Shown: piece after piece, positions 50,801-58,926 of the stretch
Numbering within the stretch: position 1 is the first letter of the stretch
Layout of the letters: every line of letters starts with the position of its first letter
IMG/VR virus record: IMGVR_UViG_3300030117_007612
Span: 32,001-96,000 of that record
DNA: 64,000 nucleotides
Direction: 5' to 3' (one strand)
Source: a virus
Taxonomy: Duplodnaviria; Caudoviricetes
The notes under the pieces: model-generated
What the model saw: only the letters and a program-made list of their open reading frames with translations
What the model was told of the DNA's origin: nothing
Database searches by the model: none
Made by a program: the position numbers and the translations under genes

Positions 50801-53543
50801 TAATCCAGCATTCGCCGGCGGAGCCTTTGATGCCCGGCCGGTGATTGATATGGAGCCACACCCCTCAGCCGCCTTGCCGCACACATATGCAGAATTGATA
50901 CCAGCATTTGACGGCAAACCATCGATCTACTCTCAAAAAGCATCAAACTTCTTCGCCGGCGTTGCTGATTTTTACTTAAAAGACAAAAAGTATACAGTAC
51001 TGCAGAGCGATGTTATTACAACTGTTCCAGTGACATCTGGAAACATATATGCAATGAGGCTTAAGCTTTACCGTTCAATGAACTTACCCAGAAAATATAA
51101 TGGAAATCCGAAAGCGAGAAATGTTATATGGGATCGCGAGGGAGATGGCACATATAACCCTCATGTGCACAATGGAATTCATTGGGGTGGTCTTGGTGTT
51201 ACCAGTTCGGTTACAAAGCTGGAGTATCCAATACCACAGGATCCAGCACCATCAGGTACGTTCCCGGGGTATATACACTGGAATCCAGCGGTTGAAAATA
51301 CTAAATTTGAGTGTGGTTGGCCCGGGGCTTCAGAGTTAAAAGAAACATTTACGATGTATTCTCGACCCACCGCCTTTGGGCCTCCGCTTGTTGGAAGATT
51401 TTTAGGTCCGTTATCTCGCTCTTGCGATCATCCAAACGCCGGCGGCGGTACCGCGGATGCAATGACCATAATGAGTCGCGCGACTAGTTCGTTTAGTAAA
51501 GGCACCCAATGGCATTGGCAATCCGAAGGGAGTGGCACTATGGATTCCATTAATGGCTACAATTGGGCTTACACACCGCCCTATTACCATGGTGAAGCGT
51601 GGATGGACATTGTATATAAGCCAACCGCTAGTGAAGAAGTGAACATAGAACAAATCTTCAATTCACCAAGAACGTACGTTAAACACTGGCGTGTCGATCC
51701 CGGACCAACTGGTTCTATTGCACATCGTGGCGGCGCCAACCAAGACACGCACATGATTGTATATGATCCTCTGCCTCCTTCAGCCAGTATAAATGATTCA
51801 GGTCAATTCTATGCCGGAAACAACATTAACTTTAACGCAATGCAGATATCTGCTTCGATCAACGTTTTCAATATTGAAAGACCACACGAAAATCGAATAT
51901 GGGATGTATCGGATCTTGGCGTATTGTATGCCACAGACCCTAGCCCTATGGGTACCGGCCTAGGCGGATTACAATCATGGGTAATTCAGCCAAAATTTGA
52001 AACACCAATGTTGAACTTCAACGACCAGTATAATATTCGAGCGCTACATGCTCCTAGAAACAATACTGAACGCCTCGCCGACAGTGGGTATATAGACATA
52101 CCAATCTACGCATCTGAATCTGTGCCCCGCGGAATGTGGCATCAATTTGGTACAATACCGCAAGAAGAAGATCAGGGGATCTTCATGTCCGTTGAAAGTA
52201 TCCCGGAAAGTTGGTTAAAAAGCCATCCTGATGTCATTCAACACGAGCCCACGATTTACAACAGTCATTATCCCGGAGACGATCGACCTCAATTGGGCGC
52301 GGCGAGGTATCGTTCTTTAGCTGAATTGATTAAGATGCCTGAGACCCCAGTGCGATTAGGAGAGATGCCATGGAGCAAAGAAGTTTCTGAATGTATTGTT
52401 GCGATACCCTACTATATTGACGAAGTGGGCAACAAACGTCACTTCAAGCTCAAGATTAGTCAACAACAATTAAATGAATATAGAATAAAACGACACTACG
52501 CCGGCTGGAAGAATATTTCAGATACAGCGTTTACTGTGGTTAACCCAGAGTCCGGACACACCATTACAAACACCGGACTAACATATCTTTTTGATAAAAT
52601 GGAAAGATTTGTTTTCCCGCCGCATCTAGACTTTTTGAGATATCCCGAAAATGTTTATAAAGCAACAGAGGAGTTAATACCGACGGGCCCGGATCCGGAG
52701 GACGCAGTTTTCTCTGTTTATGGTCCGAGAGTTATGTATGCGTTTGAAATTAAACACACTTTCGATCAGGACGACTTATCCTACATGTGGCAAAACTTAG
52801 CACCAAGAAATTTCAAATCGTATAGAAAAGTAACAGAAGAAATTAGCCACGATCTACTTTCAAGAGTTAGCATGCCGGGCGGCGGAACCAACAACACGTT
52901 CTTGAGCCGGCAAGATTTCATTGAATTTGGTGATAAGATGCGCTGGATGGTGTTTAAGGTGAAACAAAGAGGCACTCAATCCTATATGGATGTGCTACAA
53001 GGAAACAAAAACTTCAGAGAACTTGCCGACCCGGCCGTTCAGGGGGCCAACACGGAGATAGTGTTTGGTCCAGCGACTGCGGATGGCACAGAATTCCCAC
53101 CCATTCCACCTGATTGGACCGATACCGGCGCCGGCAATCTTTTGCCAGATCATGCCTACATTGTTGAACACAATTGGCCGTATGACTATTTTTCCTTGGT
53201 AGAGTCCGCCAAACTTACAGTTGATATTGAGTTTAGACCACTCCGAACTTTTGAAGATGGAAGCTCCTCGGAGGTCTACAGGCATCACGCCCCATACGGT
53301 AACACAAGTATCGAGATTAAATACCCAGAAATGTGGGAACCTAGAATTTCGTATTCCCCATCTCCCGGAGAGTTTACGGGCCCTGATGAATATATGGGCC
53401 CTGACGACGGTGGAGCGCCCACGGTGACAGATTCGGGAGCTGGCTTTACTAGTCCGACTGGCATGACATGGGCCATGCTAGATGGCTCCCCGGGCATTAT
53501 TGAAGCTTCTATGCTAGTTCTAGGAGATGATGATGATGATTAG
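41835..53543 (+). CDS. Giant (3902 aa) baseplate wedge/fibre fusion protein with LamG-like domains
   Basis: 11.7 kb uninterrupted ORF; ATVEFWLKK/WNHYAFTF/LDDFRYW LamG-like; IYKAKGTEKAI Tail_P2_I/gp7-like motif; alternative start at 41841. Confidence 0.78.
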   Translation: MSMSVKDLFEHGTSIVSLKSGSLTDSFKAVESYSNIQQIIEKQNRFIPPIDFSTTSNFAKFGSAELYYDTAIKRIYGNYPYDGTAQEKNKFDNQSLYIDKYIFDYLYPRSTGYAIFSAEGWGSRTGISTDGYATPTTLEYVQFRGGPHTSSYGMDGLRTSFSGSNVYDENIYDNIGLPSNFGKGSRTSNLKFTGSDGATVEFWLKKPSFDTTTTTRREVIFDLWNSQTASGHSGSTCYGRMMIELDGEYSTGSSFLVTLMSGTSGFQHRRIGSLAGTSSLADWNHYAFTFLQSGSYLKTKFYVNGGLNEEVDSEFVIGGFEHGQLQARIGALLTAPTGSAAPAASGKLSASLDDFRYWKAARTSREISEFYFVPVHGGTNTDVANATLGVYYKFNEGITGTSSTDSIVLDYSGRVSNGYWVGLNTSSRHTGSAIVQASASNSEFLDPIIHPNHTEVKVLSENLSKSGSLHDHLNNAMLYNTMPTWITDQADREGSEDLRYLCHILGAYFDKMYLQIESLSAFNNTQYLSASYKAFPFYKSALEGKGLEAPEMFIESDILEKFAQRTDSYNLNIDLTEIKNLIYQNIHSNLINIYKAKGTEKAIRNVMRSFGIGDDLIKMNLYANNATFELSDNIHNQFIKKKYVNFSKKGQSGGVVYQTAEAGNTDSFEFISGSKGNQYEKTLGFTLEANVMFPKYLRDQTDDFYDRNWLTSSLFGMHRADHTASSDVTTWSPSGSDYANFQIQFIRDYPRSRSGYFRISSSNSPYPIPEMTSSMFHEVYDDDNWLISFTMQPKRYRELSTVSGASHLDVQGYDAIFAGYHKVLGTTIDSFYLTQSMETTASRDFLKSDKRVYAGAYRDNMTGTMLYQSDIKLTEMRYWAYSLEPEEVERHAVDIENAGILNPFRIIGNLDPNFKNMEVRRNDTLAMHWNFNSVTTSDASGEFIVQDASSGSSNKRDRLGIFGKYSGYQHTGKGKFFITSSKEAISYEFVNNAKFRHYEQIASSDMINIMNTDDHIFGANQRPTEYHFTIEKSMYDVISQEIINIFAGIVDFNNLIGEPVNRYRDEYKDLSKLRTIFFDKVGTTPDINRYLDFYKWFDDALSLVIRQLVPATAEISDDLYNVVEEHALERNKYKTPFPTMEFKDQIPETFIRGIEELEYSWKFGHSPLPGSNRPQYQKGLYWKSRAEKGSGPSATVAELSIRSASLGPFITSAAGSKYTNSFAIDIGREELRDIIHSNPHFSQSLPTLSKVDGTTYSGNAHAIRTFAKTYKFRVSSPVESVFKGGVNFSPGKSMEKAYNAVAPHGPIEAHGSIGGVGCENCKLPVNILFARSEDFVPYNDLYDPLSPHAKIKMKMKVAHGRDSNKEMLGYATAKSAFFFPMNIISGTVNPDMLINTDGVEVDRKTGRRHLETPNNAYEKRISGSITNIHNDVYGPHMEKPMQGPFTEHYVGGHQSRHVSLNTGSWTSGYSHQLNRPEAWRIYIGRCGTPGSMPDGATAVGIVGPDYPPPDLKLSLTGDHQVSDVYPYIKFPRAEYYRDGTAKRPVNIGNIHHTTGSPTILGNFNHRYDYVQTAGRASQKRYLKDTFEHNYGDRPPGVFGSSSIETVHHHTSSLLPLRFLRENPKSGYTSAPTTASAHFFDVTNIHTLISVSTGSKDHSIGPGGFGNVFGGMEQSRAGGPIENTSNRYAGQTSDYDGTIFIVPKRRRRDGIFTTRFSAPGGPEIMSPGYLDIHTGEFSVYNSLNFRNYTVRSSGSGETIGQGIVFSDNVADKTTGFKSIRMHNQMNTGSEDERLQIRQGLRTLLTRHAGHGYADSQYGYVPESRYIDEDDKAPASYHKIYRNRRKHLRERNTDIEFIANTHRGTEYTHGDDRGAPGGGRTIITASNYDNYWVQHVIPRSDLNYSWITASILHDVGSGLDHILHPSVDDHYGYLPHYTVGEWQWLGYHYSGFLSSSTYEILSSDPKPGKHNAEGPWGSGSAWKIPYNFISASDYVVYHETGSTNPLVLGADKSTIPANTLNHIPIDFVGLNTVIYENITSSTAQLGFHLDHLTSSDGRGPSAAYLGLPQHPAYINDSMIDIATFSTPHGRYNARPLLNMLTLHRQGPYGWPSWKQTRGTSHPIMRYERERNILRAPWDAIEAHFGLDPQNRYYIQPVTSKYKPIQADIAHPGAPGIERTPDEYWKRSKEPYARFYSTNYNQIVALQSDRRDMLFFMAPPRFVHNTWWDSLASTLAEDWASRNPATRPPGHPAQGAFLYKTFYRETVWPSSLMTYMSSSRGRVGPVGDDGVHSTYEERRWRSTHADRVTLGESLNNYKDNNIHVPYHNRRYSYTSGSRLTQSSWPLDAQQDFLTRQGDATGWGTTGSTSLSGSTIAGDRGVIRGSPGTVNGPPRVIFQRHLVAVSGSGNTGSFGGPGAGPGLTGYNEAMGISATGVPLGHLDHMNGYGFISGGYHRGEGELQNGYTMFHGGPTALSGTAVAGGYWSNHLGYPMILQISPTALYARKQTLSSYRSVVGPHGIEVPETASNKLVADAFSSSAGWTGSMQPTTGSPYALYTGSVGRTCWGNIDLFGGEAKWQAPELAGYVSRSFTVTDEGYFDPITMTTVGFEFSIDKTWISASSEPWYTSYEDYILDGRAVAKEYSIVPEYNSSRWIPASASEAVPAPFIRPFYGGQPYYNFIEINLGHTSSWSEAIKRHDEEVVFKVSRGDNLKDLLGVQESLNSTNWGEAAWSWPSRLKLKLDAFVKFIPYEGFYPAQRTLQLADQFWKSHGQQVQVHPGRGFPPGPGFPGSVPETFAMGGAGYANRLTFGTGDPTISPFGATCNPIGGQIIRHPYVVDFNGGISPSYKDLSSAWQAHFTPSGRSIQSGSQGWTYHTGSESMLQGKQLARPLAQTLFAPGILYNSIKSGLAVDYPICVSESFERVCVASHEYAGTFNPTDTTTVGGFPRHGADGDKIGIVPTDYWVISGSRKANTDPTHGRFDYRVPFEAIINPAFAGGAFDARPVIDMEPHPSAALPHTYAELIPAFDGKPSIYSQKASNFFAGVADFYLKDKKYTVLQSDVITTVPVTSGNIYAMRLKLYRSMNLPRKYNGNPKARNVIWDREGDGTYNPHVHNGIHWGGLGVTSSVTKLEYPIPQDPAPSGTFPGYIHWNPAVENTKFECGWPGASELKETFTMYSRPTAFGPPLVGRFLGPLSRSCDHPNAGGGTADAMTIMSRATSSFSKGTQWHWQSEGSGTMDSINGYNWAYTPPYYHGEAWMDIVYKPTASEEVNIEQIFNSPRTYVKHWRVDPGPTGSIAHRGGANQDTHMIVYDPLPPSASINDSGQFYAGNNINFNAMQISASINVFNIERPHENRIWDVSDLGVLYATDPSPMGTGLGGLQSWVIQPKFETPMLNFNDQYNIRALHAPRNNTERLADSGYIDIPIYASESVPRGMWHQFGTIPQEEDQGIFMSVESIPESWLKSHPDVIQHEPTIYNSHYPGDDRPQLGAARYRSLAELIKMPETPVRLGEMPWSKEVSECIVAIPYYIDEVGNKRHFKLKISQQQLNEYRIKRHYAGWKNISDTAFTVVNPESGHTITNTGLTYLFDKMERFVFPPHLDFLRYPENVYKATEELIPTGPDPEDAVFSVYGPRVMYAFEIKHTFDQDDLSYMWQNLAPRNFKSYRKVTEEISHDLLSRVSMPGGGTNNTFLSRQDFIEFGDKMRWMVFKVKQRGTQSYMDVLQGNKNFRELADPAVQGANTEIVFGPATADGTEFPPIPPDWTDTGAGNLLPDHAYIVEHNWPYDYFSLVESAKLTVDIEFRPLRTFEDGSSSEVYRHHAPYGNTSIEIKYPEMWEPRISYSPSPGEFTGPDEYMGPDDGGAPTVTDSGAGFTSPTGMTWAMLDGSPGIIEASMLVLGDDDDD

Positions 53544-53576
53544 TGAAGATTAATTGAATACTAAAACAAAATGGAT

Positions 53577-53583
53577 ATAATTA
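53577..53583 (+). promoter_or_regulatory. ATAATTA motif (candidate late promoter variant)
   Basis: 16 nt before the ATG at 53600. Confidence 0.35.
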
Positions 53584-53599
53584 TTTGTAGGAACACAAA

Positions 53600-54661
53600 A
53601 TGGCAACGTTTTTAGATAAAAAAGAACAAGTACTAGACATTCAGCTAACATCGCATGGCAAGTATCTGCTTTCTGCCGGCAAGTTTAAGCCCGTGTTTTA
53701 TACATTTTTAGATGATAATATCATATATGATTATAATCATGCCGGCGTCGGCGAAAATCAGAAAGAGATACACAACAGAATTACGCAAAACACTCAATAT
53801 CTCCAAACTCAAACACAGTTTGATAGTCCGGAGGAACATGTAAAAGAAAAAATAGAAAAAATTAGATCTAAGGTGCCGTTATTTTTTAGTGAAGAAAACG
53901 ATATGGGCATAGAAAAGGAAATGAGCCATACAAACTTCAATAGAAAAACATATGTGTTCAACAGCACAATAGGTACAGCACCGCCAACAGGCCGTTTTGC
54001 ACCAGCATGGGAAGTTAGAATGATAAAAGGGCAAATATCCGGCTCGTCACCTTTCTTGAGTGAACCTTATGAATTAATTGATATACCTCAAATAGATATC
54101 GAAGTAACGTACAATATAAGAGAACTTTCATTACATAGCCAAGATGACATGTATGTTTCGGAAGAATTTAAAGAGTTTTATGATGAAGAATTTTACATGT
54201 ATGATATGCACAAAAGCGACACATTTAGCGACGACACCTTTCTTCAGGTCTTTGGAGAGGATCCAATTATTGATATTAAGGAATTGAATTCTTTTAGTGA
54301 GATTGAAAATTTTGAAATTGATGTTTATAGAGTCGAACAGAACTACAATAGAAAAATCGGAGGCAATGAAAAATTGGTACGACTGCATTTCGTGAAAGAC
54401 AAACAAGAAATAGTAGATGGAATACTAGTTGACGATGACGGGTACGATCCAGCAGCAGTACCAATTACGACTGATAATGTAGAATATTATTTTAATTTAC
54501 AAGTCGATTCAGATATCGATAAAAGACAATTATGCAAGGCAGTTGATAAATTGAAATCTGATAATTATTTTGTAGATATTCCAATTAATTGTGAAGATTT
54601 AGAACCTAGGCAAAGAATGGATATATATGCTTCGTCCATCGAGCCAGAGGATTGTGATTAA
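53600..54661 (+). CDS. Putative structural protein
   Basis: N-terminal FLDKKEQVLDIQLTSHGKYLL...FLDDNIIYD; located in the structural cluster. Confidence 0.65.
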   Translation: MATFLDKKEQVLDIQLTSHGKYLLSAGKFKPVFYTFLDDNIIYDYNHAGVGENQKEIHNRITQNTQYLQTQTQFDSPEEHVKEKIEKIRSKVPLFFSEENDMGIEKEMSHTNFNRKTYVFNSTIGTAPPTGRFAPAWEVRMIKGQISGSSPFLSEPYELIDIPQIDIEVTYNIRELSLHSQDDMYVSEEFKEFYDEEFYMYDMHKSDTFSDDTFLQVFGEDPIIDIKELNSFSEIENFEIDVYRVEQNYNRKIGGNEKLVRLHFVKDKQEIVDGILVDDDGYDPAAVPITTDNVEYYFNLQVDSDIDKRQLCKAVDKLKSDNYFVDIPINCEDLEPRQRMDIYASSIEPEDCD

Positions 54662-57600
54662 TGAGCAAAAGTTCAGAATACACTAGCGGCAAGGAGATGT
54701 TTGGTGATTTTTTACCAAAAGTTTATATTGACAAAATAACTTTGTCTGGCAGAGAGGATCTGGGAGAGAACATGATGAAGGTTGAGGTGGAAGTGTCATT
54801 AAAAGACAGCTCCAATGCTACTGGAAACTTTTTGCTATTCGATAACCACGAACTTTGGGACCTAATCAATATAGACGTCGCAGTGACATCAGACCCAAAA
54901 GCCCAAGAGTTTATAGAAGGCCAGCGCAGCATACAAAAGCTTGCATATGCACCCGAGTGGCCACTCGGAATTATTGCGGATGACACCGGCGGGCTTGACA
55001 TGGATCCGCAATATGTGTCGCTTTTTGATGGAGAACCGGCCAATAGTTACTGGAAAGTCACTCATTCAGATCGCAGTGCGGGCGCGTGGATCCGACCAGA
55101 ATTATTTAAGGCAAACTACTCTACACAGAACCTTACAGACATTGTGCACGGCCGCTTAGGAGAGAGACCAGAAAGAGGGTTTGTTGGTGAACAAGATGCC
55201 GGCGTAGAATTACTCAAGTTGTTACCTGAAGTCGCCGAAACTCATGATAGTTCTGCTAAAGTTATCAAAACTCTCACATCAACATTTACTTTTTTTATTC
55301 ATAAGAATATGCTTACCAATTTGCAAGATGCAACTGCCCCGGTTGCCGATGATGCCATGAGTGCACTTATGGAGGTGCTCTATGGCTCCGATACCACCAG
55401 CGCCGTACCGGGCGCCCACATTTTTCCAAATGATTTGTATATATTTGCGTACGCGAGAGTAAACACAGATTCCGACTTCTGGGAAGGTGCAAGCACATCT
55501 GCCGGCGGAATAGACAACATAAACGAGATGCCAGAGCTGCAAAATGAATTTATTGGGGAAGTGGCATACGAACACATGATTGACGGTGGTGAGATCAACT
55601 TTAGAGAGTACAAATATTTTACAGAAGATGATCGTCTTTTTCAGGGCCCATTGGTATTGAATACGAATGGGGATTACGTAAAAGCTTTAAATTATGACAA
55701 CGAGAGAATTGCTAATGAAATAGCTGATAGGGTATTGTCTTTGATAGATACGGAAACCGAAAAAGAAAACGCAGCATTGATATATTATTCATACATTGTT
55801 AGCAATTTGGTTGGCTATGCTGAATACCCTGAAATGTTTTTTCAATTATATCAACAACTTAGGCTTATGTCTGATCGTCGGACTACCACATCTGCCGGCA
55901 AAATAGCAAATGCATTTTCCAATGTGATGGAACAACTCAAAGGAATATTTTTGTCGACAGAAAAAGTCTATAAAAAAATGGTTAGAAATTCTAAATATTT
56001 TGATAGGCGCGTACCCGGATCTGCATCTTCGTCTGGAATAAAATTTTGTGCCCCTTCCGAAATAGATGGCGGGTACGGCATGGGCTCGGCGGATATTTCC
56101 ACTCAGCGCAAGCTGCACTCTTGCGTATTGCCAATGTACGATCACGGACATACCGCTTTTAAGTTTGGCCCATCCCCCCACAGTAAAATATGGTTAACTT
56201 CTGACATTCCGGGAGAAAGGTTTGATCCCTCTGGTACTGACTTGAATACCGGACTTGTTACCGCCGGCGATATATCGGACCCGAGAAATCGTTTAAGCTT
56301 TGATAGAGTTAATGCCGATTTTTTGAAAAAAAGAATTAATGGCTGGTTTATGTTAAACTTGGAAAACATGATGTATAAGGCTATATATCACCCGACTGCC
56401 AAACATTTTGTGCTTACTAAGAAATTAGTGCATCATTTTGGTTTTGGTGTTATTTCAAAATACTTTTTTGTCGACCAAGTCACCCTACAAAGAGCGGCGG
56501 TAGATTATAACGATGCGTCCGAAGTTTGGGGCGTCGGCGCTGCCGGCACAGATAGTGTTTCTATGCCTGTTCTTAGTCGCACCCAAGAACACGTATTCAC
56601 ATCAACATTGACTCGTCAAGCTACTGATGATCCGGGCGATGGAACTGATATATCAAAGACTGCGACAAATCTGAGTATGCGCATAGTAAAGCCGTATTTA
56701 GAGCCTTCTATAGCTACAGGCGGTGGTGATGCAACCTTTGGTGATTCTGATATTACAACTGGTGAGGGTTATTATCCTATTGATTGGTTTGGTACCAACA
56801 ATTCCACCGAAAAATTAGGCTTACAGCGCCGGCGAGATACCTTTTCACCTTTTGAGACGGGAGCCACTGCCGATGATGATCTGTACGGCTATCCAGAGGG
56901 CCCCGGGCATTATGGCACTGGATTACATGCTCAAGTAACTCATCCGGCTTTATTAAAAAATCCCGATAAAATGGAAAAAATATTATTTTTCTATTTTTCT
57001 GAGCCTGTGATGGGAATGTTTGGTGTAGAAGATTGTTCAGCAAAAGCATCATTTACCCATAATGGCGCGCCAATAAAAAAGATTCATTTAAAATACGTGG
57101 CAGACTACAATGTAATTAATAATATTGGTGGCATGTGTTATGTTATATGGAACGAATTGAGAAGGCAGAGAAGCATAATCGAAGATTATTTGGCGTTTGC
57201 TGAAAGGGTGTGCTCTTTTGATAACCGCACTGGGAAATTTAATGAATTTTTCGGAGATCAATTTCACCAAATGTTCTATAATAACCTAGGCTATGCTTGG
57301 TGGACAAGGCCCGTAGCATATTATGTATTAGTTCAAGACTTATTGAACAACAGCTACGGCGGCAACAGCGCAGTTATGCGCGAGAAGACACTTAACATAA
57401 TCCAATCGATCGATCCAACATCTGGTACAATATATGCATTGCGTGAATTTATTGAAGACTTTAACGGTTTAGTTAATGGTTGGCATACCAATTTCCGAGG
57501 CATGCACTTGGGTGACAAGTTTGAAGAGTTAGCCGGCGTATATTCATGGCATAAGAACTTTGAACCTCGTGAAAACACGTTCTCATTCAAAAACCCCATT

Positions 57601-58848
57601 TGCGACCCATTGTTTGATTTCCCATATGGTTACGGCGCCGGCTATCATGGTGCCGGCGACTTTGGCCCTTCTACTGGTGCCGGCATGCCCCTGCCTACCG
57701 GAACATACCCAATTACAGATGCGTTTTCAACATATCATACGATTATGGAAAGCGTAGAGTACGAACAATATGCCCGGGCTATTTCACAATTTAATATGGA
57801 GACCATACGGAAATGCTCGGATGAAGGAATTGTCGACAAACAAGTGACTAGTCTCCAGCTGCTCGTAAAAAGAGCGCTCTTCTCGGCGACGTTTGAAACC
57901 CCCGGCGACGAGGTGCTGCACATACACATGACACCAATCACAACTACGGATAATAATTCGGTTAGTTCTGAAAATGTGGATCCCTATCCGCCATCCGGCA
58001 AAGGCATTCGGGCCCCCACCGCTAAACAATTTGAAATATTTGATAAATTCCTTGACGACTATTCTGACGGGTATACATCCGGCACCAACCGTACGGTCGC
58101 GTTCATCGGCGCCGGCGCCACAACTCAGACATACGATGTGCTGAGGAAAATCGAACTGGGTTTGGTCGATGAAGGAACTGCCCCCGGGGGAATGAGAAAA
58201 GGCGCGTGGGAATTATTTATGGAAGCCACATTGGCTTCTGACGGCAAGTCAGGGAATGGCACCGAAAAAGCCCTAGCCGCCGGCGTATCACGTGCAGGAG
58301 GCGGGAACTTTTACCTTCCGGAGAACACTCCCGGCAGCGAATCAGTAGTAAACAAAGCGTACGACTTTCAAGTACTTCGCGAAAGAATTAGAAAAGGTCT
58401 CCGACGCTATGTAGATCTGTATCTGCAACATTTAAAAGAATGTTCTGGCTTAACTGCAAACCAAATTAATAATCGCTATTTTGCCGGCAACTGGCCCTTT
58501 AACGCCTTGGGATATATTCAGAACGGCCCAGATTCTCAAAATCCATTTCGAGGCGCCGAAAATATGTCGAAAACCCGCGGCTGGGGCCAAATCGATCTTC
58601 CAATGCGCGAATTGATAGAAGATTTGCTTGAGGGCGTTAGAAGATTAAGGGTGATGGGCTTTTGGCCATATTTTGACATAAATGATATCCGTAGCTACAT
58701 GGATTTGGGTGCAGAAGGAGAAGGACTCGGCATCGACATCGCCCTAGGCGCCGCCGACGATGAGGGTGGATATTTCTCCCCACCGGGCGACATGATGATT
58801 TCACCCTATTTGGTTCCCGTGGAGTTCGACTTTGGATCTGGCGATTAA
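54661..58848 (+). CDS. Large (1395 aa) putative structural protein
   Basis: Uninterrupted ORF with TAATG coupling; FGDFLPKVYIDKITL start; no catalytic motif recognised. Confidence 0.72.
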   Translation: MSKSSEYTSGKEMFGDFLPKVYIDKITLSGREDLGENMMKVEVEVSLKDSSNATGNFLLFDNHELWDLINIDVAVTSDPKAQEFIEGQRSIQKLAYAPEWPLGIIADDTGGLDMDPQYVSLFDGEPANSYWKVTHSDRSAGAWIRPELFKANYSTQNLTDIVHGRLGERPERGFVGEQDAGVELLKLLPEVAETHDSSAKVIKTLTSTFTFFIHKNMLTNLQDATAPVADDAMSALMEVLYGSDTTSAVPGAHIFPNDLYIFAYARVNTDSDFWEGASTSAGGIDNINEMPELQNEFIGEVAYEHMIDGGEINFREYKYFTEDDRLFQGPLVLNTNGDYVKALNYDNERIANEIADRVLSLIDTETEKENAALIYYSYIVSNLVGYAEYPEMFFQLYQQLRLMSDRRTTTSAGKIANAFSNVMEQLKGIFLSTEKVYKKMVRNSKYFDRRVPGSASSSGIKFCAPSEIDGGYGMGSADISTQRKLHSCVLPMYDHGHTAFKFGPSPHSKIWLTSDIPGERFDPSGTDLNTGLVTAGDISDPRNRLSFDRVNADFLKKRINGWFMLNLENMMYKAIYHPTAKHFVLTKKLVHHFGFGVISKYFFVDQVTLQRAAVDYNDASEVWGVGAAGTDSVSMPVLSRTQEHVFTSTLTRQATDDPGDGTDISKTATNLSMRIVKPYLEPSIATGGGDATFGDSDITTGEGYYPIDWFGTNNSTEKLGLQRRRDTFSPFETGATADDDLYGYPEGPGHYGTGLHAQVTHPALLKNPDKMEKILFFYFSEPVMGMFGVEDCSAKASFTHNGAPIKKIHLKYVADYNVINNIGGMCYVIWNELRRQRSIIEDYLAFAERVCSFDNRTGKFNEFFGDQFHQMFYNNLGYAWWTRPVAYYVLVQDLLNNSYGGNSAVMREKTLNIIQSIDPTSGTIYALREFIEDFNGLVNGWHTNFRGMHLGDKFEELAGVYSWHKNFEPRENTFSFKNPICDPLFDFPYGYGAGYHGAGDFGPSTGAGMPLPTGTYPITDAFSTYHTIMESVEYEQYARAISQFNMETIRKCSDEGIVDKQVTSLQLLVKRALFSATFETPGDEVLHIHMTPITTTDNNSVSSENVDPYPPSGKGIRAPTAKQFEIFDKFLDDYSDGYTSGTNRTVAFIGAGATTQTYDVLRKIELGLVDEGTAPGGMRKGAWELFMEATLASDGKSGNGTEKALAAGVSRAGGGNFYLPENTPGSESVVNKAYDFQVLRERIRKGLRRYVDLYLQHLKECSGLTANQINNRYFAGNWPFNALGYIQNGPDSQNPFRGAENMSKTRGWGQIDLPMRELIEDLLEGVRRLRVMGFWPYFDINDIRSYMDLGAEGEGLGIDIALGAADDEGGYFSPPGDMMISPYLVPVEFDFGSGD

Positions 58849-58898
58849 TCCTCTTATAGATTAATTTGGTACAACTAAAGAATAAAGTCTAAAAAATA

Positions 58899-58905
58899 CT
58901 AATTA
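58899..58905 (+). promoter_or_regulatory. CTAATTA motif (candidate late promoter)
   Basis: 21 nt before the GTG at 58927, upstream of a GGAGG RBS. Confidence 0.45.
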
Positions 58906-58926
58906 ATAACACGGAGGCGACACACA

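Noticed and set aside
31380-58848. Inteins, introns or programmed frameshifts explaining the giant ORFs
   Set aside because: No LAGLIDADG/HNH or Hint motifs recognised and frames are uninterrupted; FVHNT in the 3902-aa protein lacks other intein blocks.
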